Below are positions 1 to 10,071 of a stretch of DNA of 35,610 bases, in pieces. Below the pieces are notes generated by a model. It was given only the letters and a program-made list of their open reading frames with translations. It was not told the DNA's origin and ran no database searches. This DNA is from Bacteroidota bacterium (GTDB taxonomy: Bacteria; Bacteroidota; Ignavibacteria; T3Sed10-11), in the NCBI GenBank assembly GCA_007131635.1, contig SLQE01000294.1:1-35610 (forward strand). Reading direction: 5' to 3'. How positions within the stretch are numbered: position 1 is the stretch's first letter; each line of letters starts with the position of its first letter. The position numbers were made by a program, and so were the translations under genes.

Positions 1-833
1 CATCCGACATCGGCACCCGCCGTGTAATCAAGCATCTCTTCATACGGCATCGCCCCGGTAAACGACACCCGTTCGGCAATATTTTTTCTCTGCGCGTATA
101 GTTCGACATCTTGACGAAGGGCGCCATCTCCCATAATAACGATATGCACGTTATCGATAGCTGTTGCAATATCGATTATATGAAATAATCCCCGACCCCG
201 CATCAACCATCCCTGATACAGAAATACAGAGTAGTTATCGGCTATATTGAATTTCTTTTTCAAAATATGTCTATCACCCGGATGCAACCGCCTGGGCGGA
301 TGGTTATTGATGGTAACGGGCAGCGGGATGTTATAACGTTGCCTGATGAGTTCGCTGTCGCGTTCCCCTGAAGTTATCGTGCTGTCTGTAAACCGGATAC
401 AGAAACGTTCGGCTGCCGACCAAAACCTCTGGGTTACCGGACGATTATGAAGAGATGCTATGGCAAAGTACAATTCTTTTGCATCGTACAAAACTTTTGA
501 TCCCGTAAAAAATTTTGCAGCTACCGCTGCGGGCAGACTGTACAGGTCCTCTGAAAGTATTAGCGACGGCCGTATGGCGATCATCCGCCAAAATGCCCGG
601 ATCCAGAAGTGAACATATTTGATCTTCGATCCAAGGTGCTCGATTACACGAAGCTCTTCCACCCGTATCCCGCCGAATTCACCCTCGTTATCCGTTTCTC
701 CCGGACCGAGAAAAGTAACCTGCATACCGAACCGTTTCAGAGAGCGGGCGATATTCCTGCACCGGCCATCGGTACGTATATCGCCGATTTCCAGAACAAC
801 AGCTTTTGTATCGGGACCTCTGTGATGTGGCAT
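1..833 (-). CDS. Glycosyltransferase family 4 (GT-B), 3' end beyond window edge
   Basis: Not in ORF track; both ends translated by hand. ATG at 833 directly follows the TAA of the upstream gene. N-terminus MPHHRGPDTKAVVLEIGDIRTDGRCRNIARSLKRFGMQVTFLG; near the edge VSFTGAMPYEEMLDYTAGADVG in the same frame, typical of GT4. Confidence 0.8.
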   Translation of the reverse strand, partial: MPHHRGPDTKAVVLEIGDIRTDGRCRNIARSLKRFGMQVTFLGPGETDNEGEFGGIRVEELRVIEHLGSKIKYVHFWIRAFWRMIAIRPSLILSEDLYSLPAAVAAKFFTGSKVLYDAKELYFAIASLHNRPVTQRFWSAAERFCIRFTDSTITSGERDSELIRQRYNIPLPVTINNHPPRRLHPGDRHILKKKFNIADNYSVFLYQGWLMRGRGLFHIIDIATAIDNVHIVIMGDGALRQDVELYAQRKNIAERVSFTGAMPYEEMLDYTAGADVG

Positions 834-1799
834 TTACTTCAGTTTTTTCCAGAACGTTGACCGGAGTATTCCACGCGAATTGAATTTTTCTTTAAAAAAG
901 ATAAGATCGAGACTCGGTGTCATGGGATTTTCTGCCCGCGTATCCTGAGAAACACCGGTATCGAGGAATTTATATCCGTCCTTTTTTGCACGTGTTATGA
1001 CTTCATACACCGCTCTGTATATCGGCCGAAGGTGCTGGTACTCATAGAGCATAGCAATATAAAAACAAAGTAATACATTGTCGTTACAATGAAACGTAAC
1101 GACCCCGCCGATTGCTTTCCCCTCGTATCTTACAAGAAATAACCGAATAAGGTCGCCGTTCAGTTTTCTCAGGAGTTTCAGTTCATCGAGCGTGTGAGTC
1201 GGTTCGGCATTGTGTTTTCTTTTATTTTTGACCAGAATAGGATAAAACTCTTCGTATGAATCCGATTCCTCGATCGAAAGCACATCCTGACGAAGTGATC
1301 GCCGTATGATATTCCGCGTCGTTTTCTGAAATGATTTCAAAATATCATCCGTTTCGTGAAGCCGGATGACGTGCGAAATATAATGACGCTGGTACACAAA
1401 ACCGCGATAAAGAAGCGCATATTCGAGATTATGAGAAAGCTCTTTCTGATAAATAAATGGTGCCGATGTCAGATACACTTCACGTATGCCTTCATCCCAG
1501 CAATAATCCTCAAATAAATCGATTATTTCGAGAGTCTCATTAAAATGTATGTCGCCTATGACAAACGATCCGTAGCTCGCTCCCGCCGGTGATTCATAGA
1601 TATTGAGTCTATCCAATCCACCCGGTAAAACCGCACGCAGTTGCCCGTTTTTATAAAACATAAGGTGGTGAAACGGAAACTTATTATCTTCGTGATAATC
1701 AAGGAAGTGCTGCAAGTGGAACATTGTCCCGTTATTCGAACGCAGGACAAATGAATCCCATTCATCTTTTCGGGAGGGCTCGTATTTTACTATTTCCAT
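834..1799 (-). CDS. FemAB-like / GNAT-family acyltransferase
   Basis: EWDSFVLRSNNGTMFHLQHFLDYH N-terminus, RNIIRRS and YKFLDTGVS...LIFFKEKF C-terminal motifs. Start moved to internal ATG 1799 (MEIVKY); the track extension to 1868 lies in AT-rich intergenic-like DNA. Confidence 0.7.
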   Translation of the reverse strand: MEIVKYEPSRKDEWDSFVLRSNNGTMFHLQHFLDYHEDNKFPFHHLMFYKNGQLRAVLPGGLDRLNIYESPAGASYGSFVIGDIHFNETLEIIDLFEDYCWDEGIREVYLTSAPFIYQKELSHNLEYALLYRGFVYQRHYISHVIRLHETDDILKSFQKTTRNIIRRSLRQDVLSIEESDSYEEFYPILVKNKRKHNAEPTHTLDELKLLRKLNGDLIRLFLVRYEGKAIGGVVTFHCNDNVLLCFYIAMLYEYQHLRPIYRAVYEVITRAKKDGYKFLDTGVSQDTRAENPMTPSLDLIFFKEKFNSRGILRSTFWKKLK

Positions 1800-1879
1800 G
1801 TCTTGATCGATAATGACTACAACCCGCGATATTATAAAACGTATTAATATAGCAATTAATTTAACCAAAAATCAACAAA

Positions 1880-1908
1880 TTGCTCTTTTATTCTTCATTA
1901 GGTATATT
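1880..1908 (+). promoter_or_regulatory. Putative sigma70 promoter for MFS-polA
   Basis: TTGCTC (1880-1885), 17 nt spacer, TATATT (1903-1908), about 57 nt before ATG 1966. Confidence 0.5.
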
Positions 1909-1965
1909 AAGTAGTTTATATACCCGTAGAGAATTGAAAACAAATTTTGCTCCTCCCCCGTTTTT

Positions 1966-3171
1966 ATGGAACTCTGGAAAAAGAATCTTTACACTATCTG
2001 GATAGCACAATTCATCACGATCGTCGGCATGAGTTCGGTCATTACGTTTTTACCGTTTTATGTCCGTGAACTCGGCGTAAGTGATAACGACCTTGTCGCA
2101 CGCTGGAGTGGATTTGCGTTTTCCGGTCCGTTCATTCTGTCCTTCTTTTTTACGCCGTTCTGGGGGATGATAGGCGACCGATACGGACGCAAGCTGATGG
2201 TTATCCGCGCGGTGTTCGGACTCGGTATTGCACAGATCTTTGTGGGTTCCGCTCAATCGGTTGAACAGCTGATATTTTTCAGGATGCTGCAAGGCGCACT
2301 GAGCGGTTTTATCCCTGCAGCGCTTACACTCGTATCGGCAACCGCTCCGCGAGAACGTACCGGCTACGCGCTCGGATTTCTTCAGACTTCCCTCTCGGCC
2401 GGGATGCTCATCGGTCCCGTTATCGGTGGTGTTCTCGCAGACATGGTCGGGTACCGCCCGATCTTTTATATTGTCTCCGCACTTTGCTTCACGAGCGGAG
2501 CTTTTGTCATTATAATGGTGAAAGAGATCCCCCCCGGGAAAGAGGAAAAAAAGTTCTCACTGCTCGAAAATATCAAATTTGCTCTCTCCTCCTCTCAGAT
2601 TGCATTGGCAATGATCGTTATTTATCTCGCACAATCATCGATTGTCATGCTCCAACCGGTATTTGCATTGTTCATCGAAAAGATCTATGATAACACACAA
2701 TATATCGGTACCGTGACCGGAGCGTTATTCTCGGTTATGGGTATGGTCATGATTTTTTCCGCACCGTGGTGGGGCAACCGCAACGATCTGGTCGGTTATA
2801 AACGCAACCTGCTCATTGCAACGGCTGTCGCAGCTACGATGTTATTTCTGCAGGCATTATCCCAAACACCGTGGCATCTTGCACTGAGCAGAATGGGACT
2901 CGGTTTTGCGATGGGAGGAGTTGTACCGGCCCTCTATTCATCTATCAGCAAACAGACGCCGCTGAAGAGGCGGGGCGGAATCGTCGGAATCGCAACAAGC
3001 TTTACGATACTTGCAAATATAACCGGTCCTACTTCATCCGGTTATATAGCATCACATTATGATATACGGACCGTATTATTTATTACCGCCGGCGTTATGG
3101 CTATTGCGGTATTGATTGTCGGACAATGGATACGAGAACCCATAGTACCCGAAGAATCCGGGGAATCATAA
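1966..3171 (+). CDS. MFS transporter, DHA1/MdtG-like
   Basis: 401 aa, hydrophobic throughout; WKKNL start, motif A WGMIGDRYGRKLMVIRA, FRMLQG and GPVIGG motifs. Confidence 0.88.
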   Translation: MELWKKNLYTIWIAQFITIVGMSSVITFLPFYVRELGVSDNDLVARWSGFAFSGPFILSFFFTPFWGMIGDRYGRKLMVIRAVFGLGIAQIFVGSAQSVEQLIFFRMLQGALSGFIPAALTLVSATAPRERTGYALGFLQTSLSAGMLIGPVIGGVLADMVGYRPIFYIVSALCFTSGAFVIIMVKEIPPGKEEKKFSLLENIKFALSSSQIALAMIVIYLAQSSIVMLQPVFALFIEKIYDNTQYIGTVTGALFSVMGMVMIFSAPWWGNRNDLVGYKRNLLIATAVAATMLFLQALSQTPWHLALSRMGLGFAMGGVVPALYSSISKQTPLKRRGGIVGIATSFTILANITGPTSSGYIASHYDIRTVLFITAGVMAIAVLIVGQWIREPIVPEESGES

Positions 3172-3196
3172 AATATCAATTATTCAGGTTACAATA

Positions 3197-5917
3197 ATGC
3201 AGACAAATAAATCATCTCAGGAACGGTTATTTCTAATCGACGGCTATGCACTCATCTACCGCGCATACTTCGCTTTTATTAAGCGTCCGCTCATAAATTC
3301 AAAAGGACAAAATACGTCGGCAATATACGGATTCGTAAACGCATTGCTTCGCATACTCAAGTCCGAATCACCCGATCATATCGCGGTTGTACTCGATTCA
3401 AAAGAGCCGACATTCAGGCATAAACGTTACAAAGAATACAAAGCTACGCGCGAACAAATGCCCGAAGATCTCGTATCACAACTGGATATGTTAAAGGAGG
3501 TCGTACGGGCATTTAATATTCCGATTGTCGAGATGCCGGGTTATGAAGCAGACGATATTATGGGCACGCTCGCCAGAATCGCTGAAAAAGAAGGTGTCGA
3601 TACTTTCCTTGTTACAGGCGATAAAGATTTTATGCAACTTGTGAGCGATCGGGTAAAGATGTACAAGCCTCCGAAATCAAACGAAGAACCCGAGATAGTC
3701 GATATAAACGGTGTCAGAGAAAAATTCGGTGTTAATCCGGAATATGTTATCGATGTCCTCGCCCTCATGGGAGATTCGTCTGATAATATACCCGGTGTGC
3801 GCGGTATCGGTGAAAAGACCGCGATACCGCTCATTCAGGAATACGGTACGGTTGAAAACCTAATCGATAATATCGAAAAAGTTGAAAAGGAAGGTGTTCG
3901 CACAAAATTAAGTGAAGATCGTCAAAACGCCCTGCTTTCGAAAGAGCTCGTCACCATCGACACAAATGTCCCGCTGAACATATCATTTCATGAACTCAAT
4001 GCAAATACCCGGGACACAGAAAAGCTGACGATACTTTTCAGGGATCTTGAATTCAAATCTATTATTGAACAAATGAGCTTATCAGTACCGGATGAAGACA
4101 GCACGGGAATAGTTAATAAGTCGATTTCATCCTCTGAAGTTGCATACCATCCCGTGCAGAATAAAGAACTCTTCGATCGAATGATCGGCGCACTAAAAAA
4201 AGCTGATGTTATTTCTTTCGACACCGAAACGACATCGCGTAATCCGCTCGAGTCAACCGTTGTCGGTATTTCATTTGCCGTCGATAAGAACAGGGCATGG
4301 TTTATTCCGCTTGAGGATCATGCAATCCCCGGGGTACACCTCAAAAATGAATTACAGAAGATCTTAAACAGTATGACTCTCAAGGGAGGGCAAAACATAA
4401 AATTCGATATATTGGCGCTGCGCTCCCTGGGATTGACCGTGAGCGATCCGCTCTTTGATACTATGATCGCTGCATTTGTGATTCGATCCGACGGCCAGCA
4501 TAATCTCGACTCGCTCGCCAAAGAATACCTGATGTACGATATGGTATCGTACTCAGATCTTGTCGGTTCCGGGAAAAATCAGATGGATATCCGCGACGTG
4601 AATCCCGACGAGCTGGTTCGCTACGCCTGTGAAGACGCAGATATAACGCTTCAGTTGTGGAACAAGCTTAAACCGGGATTAGAGACCATTGATGCATTGC
4701 GATTATGCGAGGAAATAGAATTCCCGCTCATTACTGTTTTGTCAGATATGGAAGCGACCGGTGTCGCCATCGATGCGGATTTTCTCCGCACCTTATCGAA
4801 AAAATTATCGAAGGATCTGCTGAAGATACGCGAGGTAATCTACGAGCACGCAGGATATGAATTCAACATCAACTCAACCCAGCAGCTCAGCAAAGTGTTA
4901 TTCGAGAGACTGAACTTACCGCCGGTTAAGAAAACGAAAACAGGTTATTCTACCGATACATCGGTTCTCGAGCGTCTGAAGGGTATTCATCCCGTCATCG
5001 ACATGCTGCTTGAGTATCGTCAGTATACAAAGCTGCAATCGACATATATCGATGCACTTCCGAGACTGATCAATCCAAAGTCCGGCAGAGTCCATACCTC
5101 ATTCAACCAGACGATCGCATCGACGGGAAGGCTATCGTCGAGCAATCCTAATTTACAAAACATCCCGATCCGCACCGATCTCGGGAGGTCGATCCGTAAA
5201 GCATTCATTCCCACATCGAATGATCACCTGATTATGTCATCGGATTATTCACAGATAGAATTACGTGTCATGGCACATGTGTCGGGAGACGCCGGTCTGC
5301 TTGATGCCTTCAAGAATAATGAGGATATCCACGCAACGACCGCCGCGAAGGTATTTGATGTACCGCTTGACGAGGTCTCAGCCGGTATGCGTCGCAAAGC
5401 AAAGGAAATAAACTTCGGTATAATGTACGGGATAAGTGCGTTTGGACTTGCCTCGCGACTTGAAATACCGCAGGGTGAAGCCGCGGATATCATCGAACGT
5501 TATTTTCATCGTTTCCCGGCCGTCCACCAATATATTCAAAAGACAACGGAAATAGCCAAGAAAGACGGCTATGTTACCACACTGATGGGGAGACGCCGTT
5601 ACCTTCCCGACATCACAAGCAGAAATAAAACCGTACAGCAGAATGCCGTTCGTCAGGCAATCAATATGCCTATTCAGGGAACAGCGGCAGATATGATAAA
5701 GCTCGCAATGGTGCGTATTCACGACAAATTCAAAGAAAAGAAATTACAATCCCGGATGATCATACAGGTACATGACGAATTGGTGTTCGACGTGCTGAAA
5801 ACCGAGCTTGAGGAGATCATAAAACTCGTCGAGCATGAAATGGAACATGCATTAGATCTGGACGTGCCGATTGAGGTCGAAACCGGTACGGGGAAAAATT
5901 GGTTTGAGGCACATTAA
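3197..5917 (+). CDS. polA: DNA polymerase I
   Basis: 5'-3' exonuclease LIDG..YRAYFA and YEADD; 3'-5' exonuclease FDTETT, NIKFD, YACEDAD; polymerase motifs DYSQIELR, RRKAKEINFGIMYG, QVHDELVF. Confidence 0.98.
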   Translation: MQTNKSSQERLFLIDGYALIYRAYFAFIKRPLINSKGQNTSAIYGFVNALLRILKSESPDHIAVVLDSKEPTFRHKRYKEYKATREQMPEDLVSQLDMLKEVVRAFNIPIVEMPGYEADDIMGTLARIAEKEGVDTFLVTGDKDFMQLVSDRVKMYKPPKSNEEPEIVDINGVREKFGVNPEYVIDVLALMGDSSDNIPGVRGIGEKTAIPLIQEYGTVENLIDNIEKVEKEGVRTKLSEDRQNALLSKELVTIDTNVPLNISFHELNANTRDTEKLTILFRDLEFKSIIEQMSLSVPDEDSTGIVNKSISSSEVAYHPVQNKELFDRMIGALKKADVISFDTETTSRNPLESTVVGISFAVDKNRAWFIPLEDHAIPGVHLKNELQKILNSMTLKGGQNIKFDILALRSLGLTVSDPLFDTMIAAFVIRSDGQHNLDSLAKEYLMYDMVSYSDLVGSGKNQMDIRDVNPDELVRYACEDADITLQLWNKLKPGLETIDALRLCEEIEFPLITVLSDMEATGVAIDADFLRTLSKKLSKDLLKIREVIYEHAGYEFNINSTQQLSKVLFERLNLPPVKKTKTGYSTDTSVLERLKGIHPVIDMLLEYRQYTKLQSTYIDALPRLINPKSGRVHTSFNQTIASTGRLSSSNPNLQNIPIRTDLGRSIRKAFIPTSNDHLIMSSDYSQIELRVMAHVSGDAGLLDAFKNNEDIHATTAAKVFDVPLDEVSAGMRRKAKEINFGIMYGISAFGLASRLEIPQGEAADIIERYFHRFPAVHQYIQKTTEIAKKDGYVTTLMGRRRYLPDITSRNKTVQQNAVRQAINMPIQGTAADMIKLAMVRIHDKFKEKKLQSRMIIQVHDELVFDVLKTELEEIIKLVEHEMEHALDLDVPIEVETGTGKNWFEAH

Positions 5918-5918
5918 G

Positions 5919-7100
5919 CTAGTATCCCTCGGATTTCGACTGGTCATCCCCGGAAGGATTCGGATATTTCCCGGTATGCGATTTTAGAAGAGCTGCTATA
6001 TCTTCCCAGTCGTAGTAATGAAACGTCCTGTCACTCGACATCATCACAAGCATTCCACGGGGAAATGCGAAACCCAATGGCGTTGAGGTAACCTCAACGC
6101 CGTCAGTATCGTTTGCGGAGACAGGAATGATTGCAATGACGGGATGGTCGTGAGGTTTGCCCGGTATACCTTCACGGGGAAATATCTGCAACCGGTGGCC
6201 GCCCTGATCTGAGACGAGTATGTATCCCGTTCCGTCATCATATGTATAAATTGCAATGCCTTCCTGATCGTCTACGAATCCTGATTTGCCGAAAAAAGCA
6301 AGCTCGTCATTGCTTGAATCGGGATCGGCGTAATATTTTCGGATACCGACTTCCTCATCGGAATAATAAACAAACCTCAGTTGGTTATCCACGGCGATTG
6401 CTTCGATTTCTTTTTCACCGCTATATTTTCCGAATTCCCTGACCTTCGTTCCGCGGACATGCCCCATACCATCATCTTCCAATAAATATTGCCTGAGATA
6501 ACCCTTCTCCGGTCCGCTCTTACCGCTGACAATAGCAAATACCGCTTCGTCGTACGGTCTTTTGTAGAGCGCCACTCCCATCGGAGCACGGGTGCTATCG
6601 CCGTCAAATACCGGGATCCCGCCGTCATCGATGGGCTGCATATCGGGTAACGAAAACACTCTGATCATCATACTGTTTCGCTCTGTGGCAACGGCGATAT
6701 CAATCGACCGGTTCTTAAAGCGAAATCCATACGCAACATCCACATTGTTCGGCCGTTTTAAACCGGTTACACTTCGTTCGTGATCAATCTCCCCGTTAAG
6801 ATTGAATACGAATAACCCTCCATTCGTCGGGTGTTTATCAGTCCCGAGTACTATGCTTTTCATGGGATTGGCAGGGTGAATCCATATTGCCGGATCATCG
6901 CTATCAAACGGAACAAACTCTGTAACAACGGCCGGTTTCAATGTATCACCGACAAGCAACGTTGATTGTTTCCAGATGCCATAGCCCTCGCCCGAAAAAT
7001 TCTCGCGGTCACATCCGATAATACATAAAGCGATTATCACAGGAACAAAAAAATACAGTGTCATGCTTTTCATTATTGAATTTTTATCTGATACAAACAC
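5919..7100 (-). CDS. Beta-propeller phytase (3-phytase), probable lipoprotein
   Basis: DSDDPAIWIHP, GTDK, NNVD, EIEAIAVD, DQEGIAIY, YILVSDQG and DTDG motifs; hydrophobic leader ending IIGC. GTG start has AGGAG 7 nt upstream; alternative ATG at 7073. Confidence 0.9.
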   Translation of the reverse strand: MFVSDKNSIMKSMTLYFFVPVIIALCIIGCDRENFSGEGYGIWKQSTLLVGDTLKPAVVTEFVPFDSDDPAIWIHPANPMKSIVLGTDKHPTNGGLFVFNLNGEIDHERSVTGLKRPNNVDVAYGFRFKNRSIDIAVATERNSMMIRVFSLPDMQPIDDGGIPVFDGDSTRAPMGVALYKRPYDEAVFAIVSGKSGPEKGYLRQYLLEDDGMGHVRGTKVREFGKYSGEKEIEAIAVDNQLRFVYYSDEEVGIRKYYADPDSSNDELAFFGKSGFVDDQEGIAIYTYDDGTGYILVSDQGGHRLQIFPREGIPGKPHDHPVIAIIPVSANDTDGVEVTSTPLGFAFPRGMLVMMSSDRTFHYYDWEDIAALLKSHTGKYPNPSGDDQSKSEGY

Positions 7101-7197
7101 GGATTTGCTCCTGTATATTTTTGTATTGAATATAACCGGTAGATTAAGGACATAGAAATATCACGGTACATTTTTCTTTTCCCGGGAGGAGGTCCTG

Positions 7198-7767
7198 TCA
7201 GGTCACGACGTCCGCAGCCTGTTTTTTATCAGTGACCGGATTTTCATTTCTTCGCTTACGGCGTCTTGCTTTGACAATGAGTCCGATTCCGAATACTATC
7301 AACAATACAGGCCAGAAATTGAATAAATAATATTCGATACTGTAGAGATTGAAAAGCTCGGTCGAATCGGCAATGATCAACAGTCCGATACCGGTAAAAA
7401 ATATTGTCGGTATCAACAGATGCCAGTCGCGCACATTGTATATGTACATCATTAAAAATGAGAATCCGAGTATAAGAAATATCGCCGGTAGCAGAACAGG
7501 ATAGCGATCGGTTAGCATATCCATACTCTCAAGAATAAAATATAAGCCGAGCAGAAAAAGCGCTGTCCCCCAGAACACTTTATTGCGGTCACCTCCGCTA
7601 AATGAGCGTACCACCAAAGTCGCTCCGAAAAGGACCATAAATCCCATCACAAAATTCCAGAACGATAACTGCAAGAGTCCCATTTGATCTGCGAGCAGCA
7701 GTAAACCAACGGCTATTAGTATAACACCGAGGGTCGGTATTTTCCGAACATTATTTTTAAATGACAT
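7198..7767 (-). CDS. LiaF/LiaI-like (DUF5668-type) membrane protein
   Basis: Multi-TM; GVILIAVGLLLL start and NFWPVLLIVFGIGLI followed by a basic tail; lies downstream of the PspC gene. Confidence 0.55.
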   Translation of the reverse strand: MSFKNNVRKIPTLGVILIAVGLLLLADQMGLLQLSFWNFVMGFMVLFGATLVVRSFSGGDRNKVFWGTALFLLGLYFILESMDMLTDRYPVLLPAIFLILGFSFLMMYIYNVRDWHLLIPTIFFTGIGLLIIADSTELFNLYSIEYYLFNFWPVLLIVFGIGLIVKARRRKRRNENPVTDKKQAADVVT

Positions 7768-7846
7768 AGTATTCTCTTATAGTATAAGAAATATTTGGTA
7801 ATAAATCTTCATATAGTACGTTGGGCATTACCCCGATAAGGGTTTT

Positions 7847-8545
7847 TTATAGATGCTCATCCGGCACAAAAATTGCCATTGCAATATACAATAGTATTCC
7901 CGTACCGACCGATAGTATTGTCATAAATATAAACAGCAACCTCACGACGGTCGGATCCAGACTAAAATAATCTCCGAGCCCCCCGCAGACTCCAAAAAGT
8001 TTACGGTCGCGCCGCGATTTATACAATCGCTTATACGACGGTGCATCGTTATGTTCTGCGTTCATTTTGATATCTCCCTCCTGTTCAGGTTCGCCTCTTC
8101 CGGTCTGTCTGCGTTCCCGCGACTGTTGATGTGAATAGATCAGAGCCATACCCAGGAGAATGAACAAAATCGGCAGCACCAATCCCCATGATATATGCCA
8201 GATATGGTGAAAAGCAAACCATCCGAAATTACGCAACAGAAAGAGCAATCCGATAATTATAAAAATCACACCCCAGGTACGTTTCGGAGTATTTTTTGTC
8301 GGTGGTATATCGCCTGATTGTATCATTGCGAGATGATACGGATTAACGGGCATAATGATCATCCCGCCGATATATAACAATATCCCGGTACCGCCGAATA
8401 AAATTAAGAGGATAAACAATCCTCTGACTATTGTCGGATCAATGTCGAAATATTCGGCAATTCCACCACAAATGCCGTCGATCATCCTATCGCGTCGTGA
8501 CTTATACATTCGTTTGGGCTCATTATATATCTCAGCGGCTGCCAT
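7847..8545 (-). CDS. pspC: PspC-domain protein (two PspC domains flanking a LiaF-like TM hairpin)
   Basis: KRMYKSRRDRMIDGICGGIAEYFDIDPTIVR and KRLYKSRRDRKLFGVCGGLGDYFSLDPTVVR; AAGGAG RBS upstream. Confidence 0.88.
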   Translation of the reverse strand: MAAAEIYNEPKRMYKSRRDRMIDGICGGIAEYFDIDPTIVRGLFILLILFGGTGILLYIGGMIIMPVNPYHLAMIQSGDIPPTKNTPKRTWGVIFIIIGLLFLLRNFGWFAFHHIWHISWGLVLPILFILLGMALIYSHQQSRERRQTGRGEPEQEGDIKMNAEHNDAPSYKRLYKSRRDRKLFGVCGGLGDYFSLDPTVVRLLFIFMTILSVGTGILLYIAMAIFVPDEHL

Positions 8546-8591
8546 GGTCGTTACTCCTTATGTTCAAATGCATACTATCCTTAGTATGGTG

Positions 8592-8617
8592 TACGTCAAT
8601 TGAGATTGGAAGTTTCA
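8592..8617 (-). promoter_or_regulatory. ECF sigma (sigmaW-type) promoter
   Basis: Minus strand TGAAAC-ttccaatctcaattga-CGTA (16 nt spacer), 46 nt upstream of the PspC start codon. Confidence 0.72.
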
Positions 8618-8627
8618 CATAAATATA

Positions 8628-8658
8628 CAAAGTCAGCCCTATACGGGGGCTGACTTTG
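8628..8658 (-). terminator. Intrinsic terminator after frr
   Basis: 12 bp inverted repeat CAAAGTCAGCCC/GGGCTGACTTTG, 7 nt loop, TTTGTATATTT tail on minus strand, about 32 nt after the frr stop. Confidence 0.75.
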
Positions 8659-8690
8659 GAAACGGCGGCTCTTGAAGGGAACGGGTAGGA

Positions 8691-9248
8691 CTAGACTTCC
8701 ATTATTTCTCTTTCTTTCTGCTCAAGCAGGGAATCTATCTCAGCACTATACTTATCGGTCAACTTTTGAATTTCATCCTCACCTCGTTTCTTCTCATCTT
8801 CCGATATTTGTTTATCCTTTTCGATTTTCTTCAGCGAATCGTTCGCATCACGTCGAAGATTACGAATGGACACCTTTCCCTGTTCACCGTATTTTTTTGT
8901 CAGTTTAACGTATTCTTTCCGCCGCTCCTCATTCAGAGCGGGTATAGGGACACGAATGAGCGTACCGTCATTGGATGGATTTAAACCAAGATTGGCGTTC
9001 CGAATCGCACTCTCGATGACTTGAAGCATATTCTTCTCCCAGGGTTGGACGGTCAGGAGCGTCGGTTCGGGTGCTCCTATATTTGCAACTTGCTTCAACG
9101 GGGTAGGATTGCCATAGTAATCGACTTTAACGCCTTCGATAAGGCCCGGTGTCGCACGGCCTGTTCTGATGGTAATCAATTCGTGTTTCACGGCTTCCAC
9201 CGCCTTTACCATTTTTTGTTTAGCGTCTTTGATAATATCTTGGACCAT
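8691..9248 (-). CDS. frr: Ribosome recycling factor
   Basis: 185 aa; IRTGRA, VDYYG, LNPSNDG, IRNLRRD. Confidence 0.98.
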   Translation of the reverse strand: MVQDIIKDAKQKMVKAVEAVKHELITIRTGRATPGLIEGVKVDYYGNPTPLKQVANIGAPEPTLLTVQPWEKNMLQVIESAIRNANLGLNPSNDGTLIRVPIPALNEERRKEYVKLTKKYGEQGKVSIRNLRRDANDSLKKIEKDKQISEDEKKRGEDEIQKLTDKYSAEIDSLLEQKEREIMEV

Positions 9249-9282
9249 TGCTCACCTCTGTATTCTCTTCGATGTATGTGAA

Positions 9283-10005
9283 TTAAATAGTATGAGCTAC
9301 CCGGGTACCGAGTGTTTCTCCGAGCAGCAGTTTGGTAAGATTTCCGCGCTCGTTCATATTCATCACCACTATAGGCAAATTATTTTCCTGACAAAGTGTA
9401 ATTGCCGTCAGATCCATCACGCGCAGTCCTCGTTTCAGAACGTCGAGATACGTTAATGACGTAAACATATTCGCCTTTGGGTCTTTTTCCGGATCGGCAT
9501 CATAGACGCCATCGACCCGCGTGCCTTTGATGATGACATCGGCTTCGATTTCCACTGCCCGTAGTGCGGCTGCTGTATCGGTGGTAAAATACGGATTCCC
9601 TGTTCCAGCACCGAAAATAACAACCCGTCCTTTTTCAAGATGTCTTATGGCACGACGCCGTATGAAGGGTTCGGCGATCTCTTCCATTTTTATTGCACTT
9701 AATAATCTTGTGAACACTCCCCGGTTCTCCAGGGCATTTTGTAATGCGAGCGCATTTATAACCGTTGCCAGCATCCCCATTTGATCTCCCGTAACCTTAT
9801 CTATACCGTCAGGTGAGTTGGATACTCCCCGATAAATATTTCCGCCACCTATTACGATACCGATCTGTACACCGAGGCTGACCGCGTCCTCAATTTCCTG
9901 ACCGAATTGCGAGAGCACATCGACTGATATGCCGTAATCAAGACTTCCTTGAAGCGCTTCACCGCTCAGTTTCAACATAACACGTTTATATTTTGGCTTA
10001 TTCAT
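9283..10005 (-). CDS. pyrH: UMP kinase
   Basis: [38 protein letters not shown]. Confidence 0.98.
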   Translation of the reverse strand: MNKPKYKRVMLKLSGEALQGSLDYGISVDVLSQFGQEIEDAVSLGVQIGIVIGGGNIYRGVSNSPDGIDKVTGDQMGMLATVINALALQNALENRGVFTRLLSAIKMEEIAEPFIRRRAIRHLEKGRVVIFGAGTGNPYFTTDTAAALRAVEIEADVIIKGTRVDGVYDADPEKDPKANMFTSLTYLDVLKRGLRVMDLTAITLCQENNLPIVVMNMNERGNLTKLLLGETLGTRVAHTI

Positions 10006-10030
10006 TCAAATAACGGTTATCATGTGGAGA

Positions 10031-10063
10031 TAAAAAGAAAGGTCTCACAGCGGGAGACCTTTC
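10031..10063 (-). terminator. Terminator-like hairpin between tsf and pyrH
   Basis: Minus strand GAAAGGTCTC-ccgctgt-GAGACCTTTC-TTTTT, a few nt after the tsf stop. Confidence 0.7.
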
Positions 10064-10071
10064 CGGTTGAA

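Noticed and set aside
7817-7846. Second ECF promoter before the LiaF-like gene (AAAC...CGTA)
   Set aside because: Spacer is 21 nt rather than 16-17 and the -35 match is poor.
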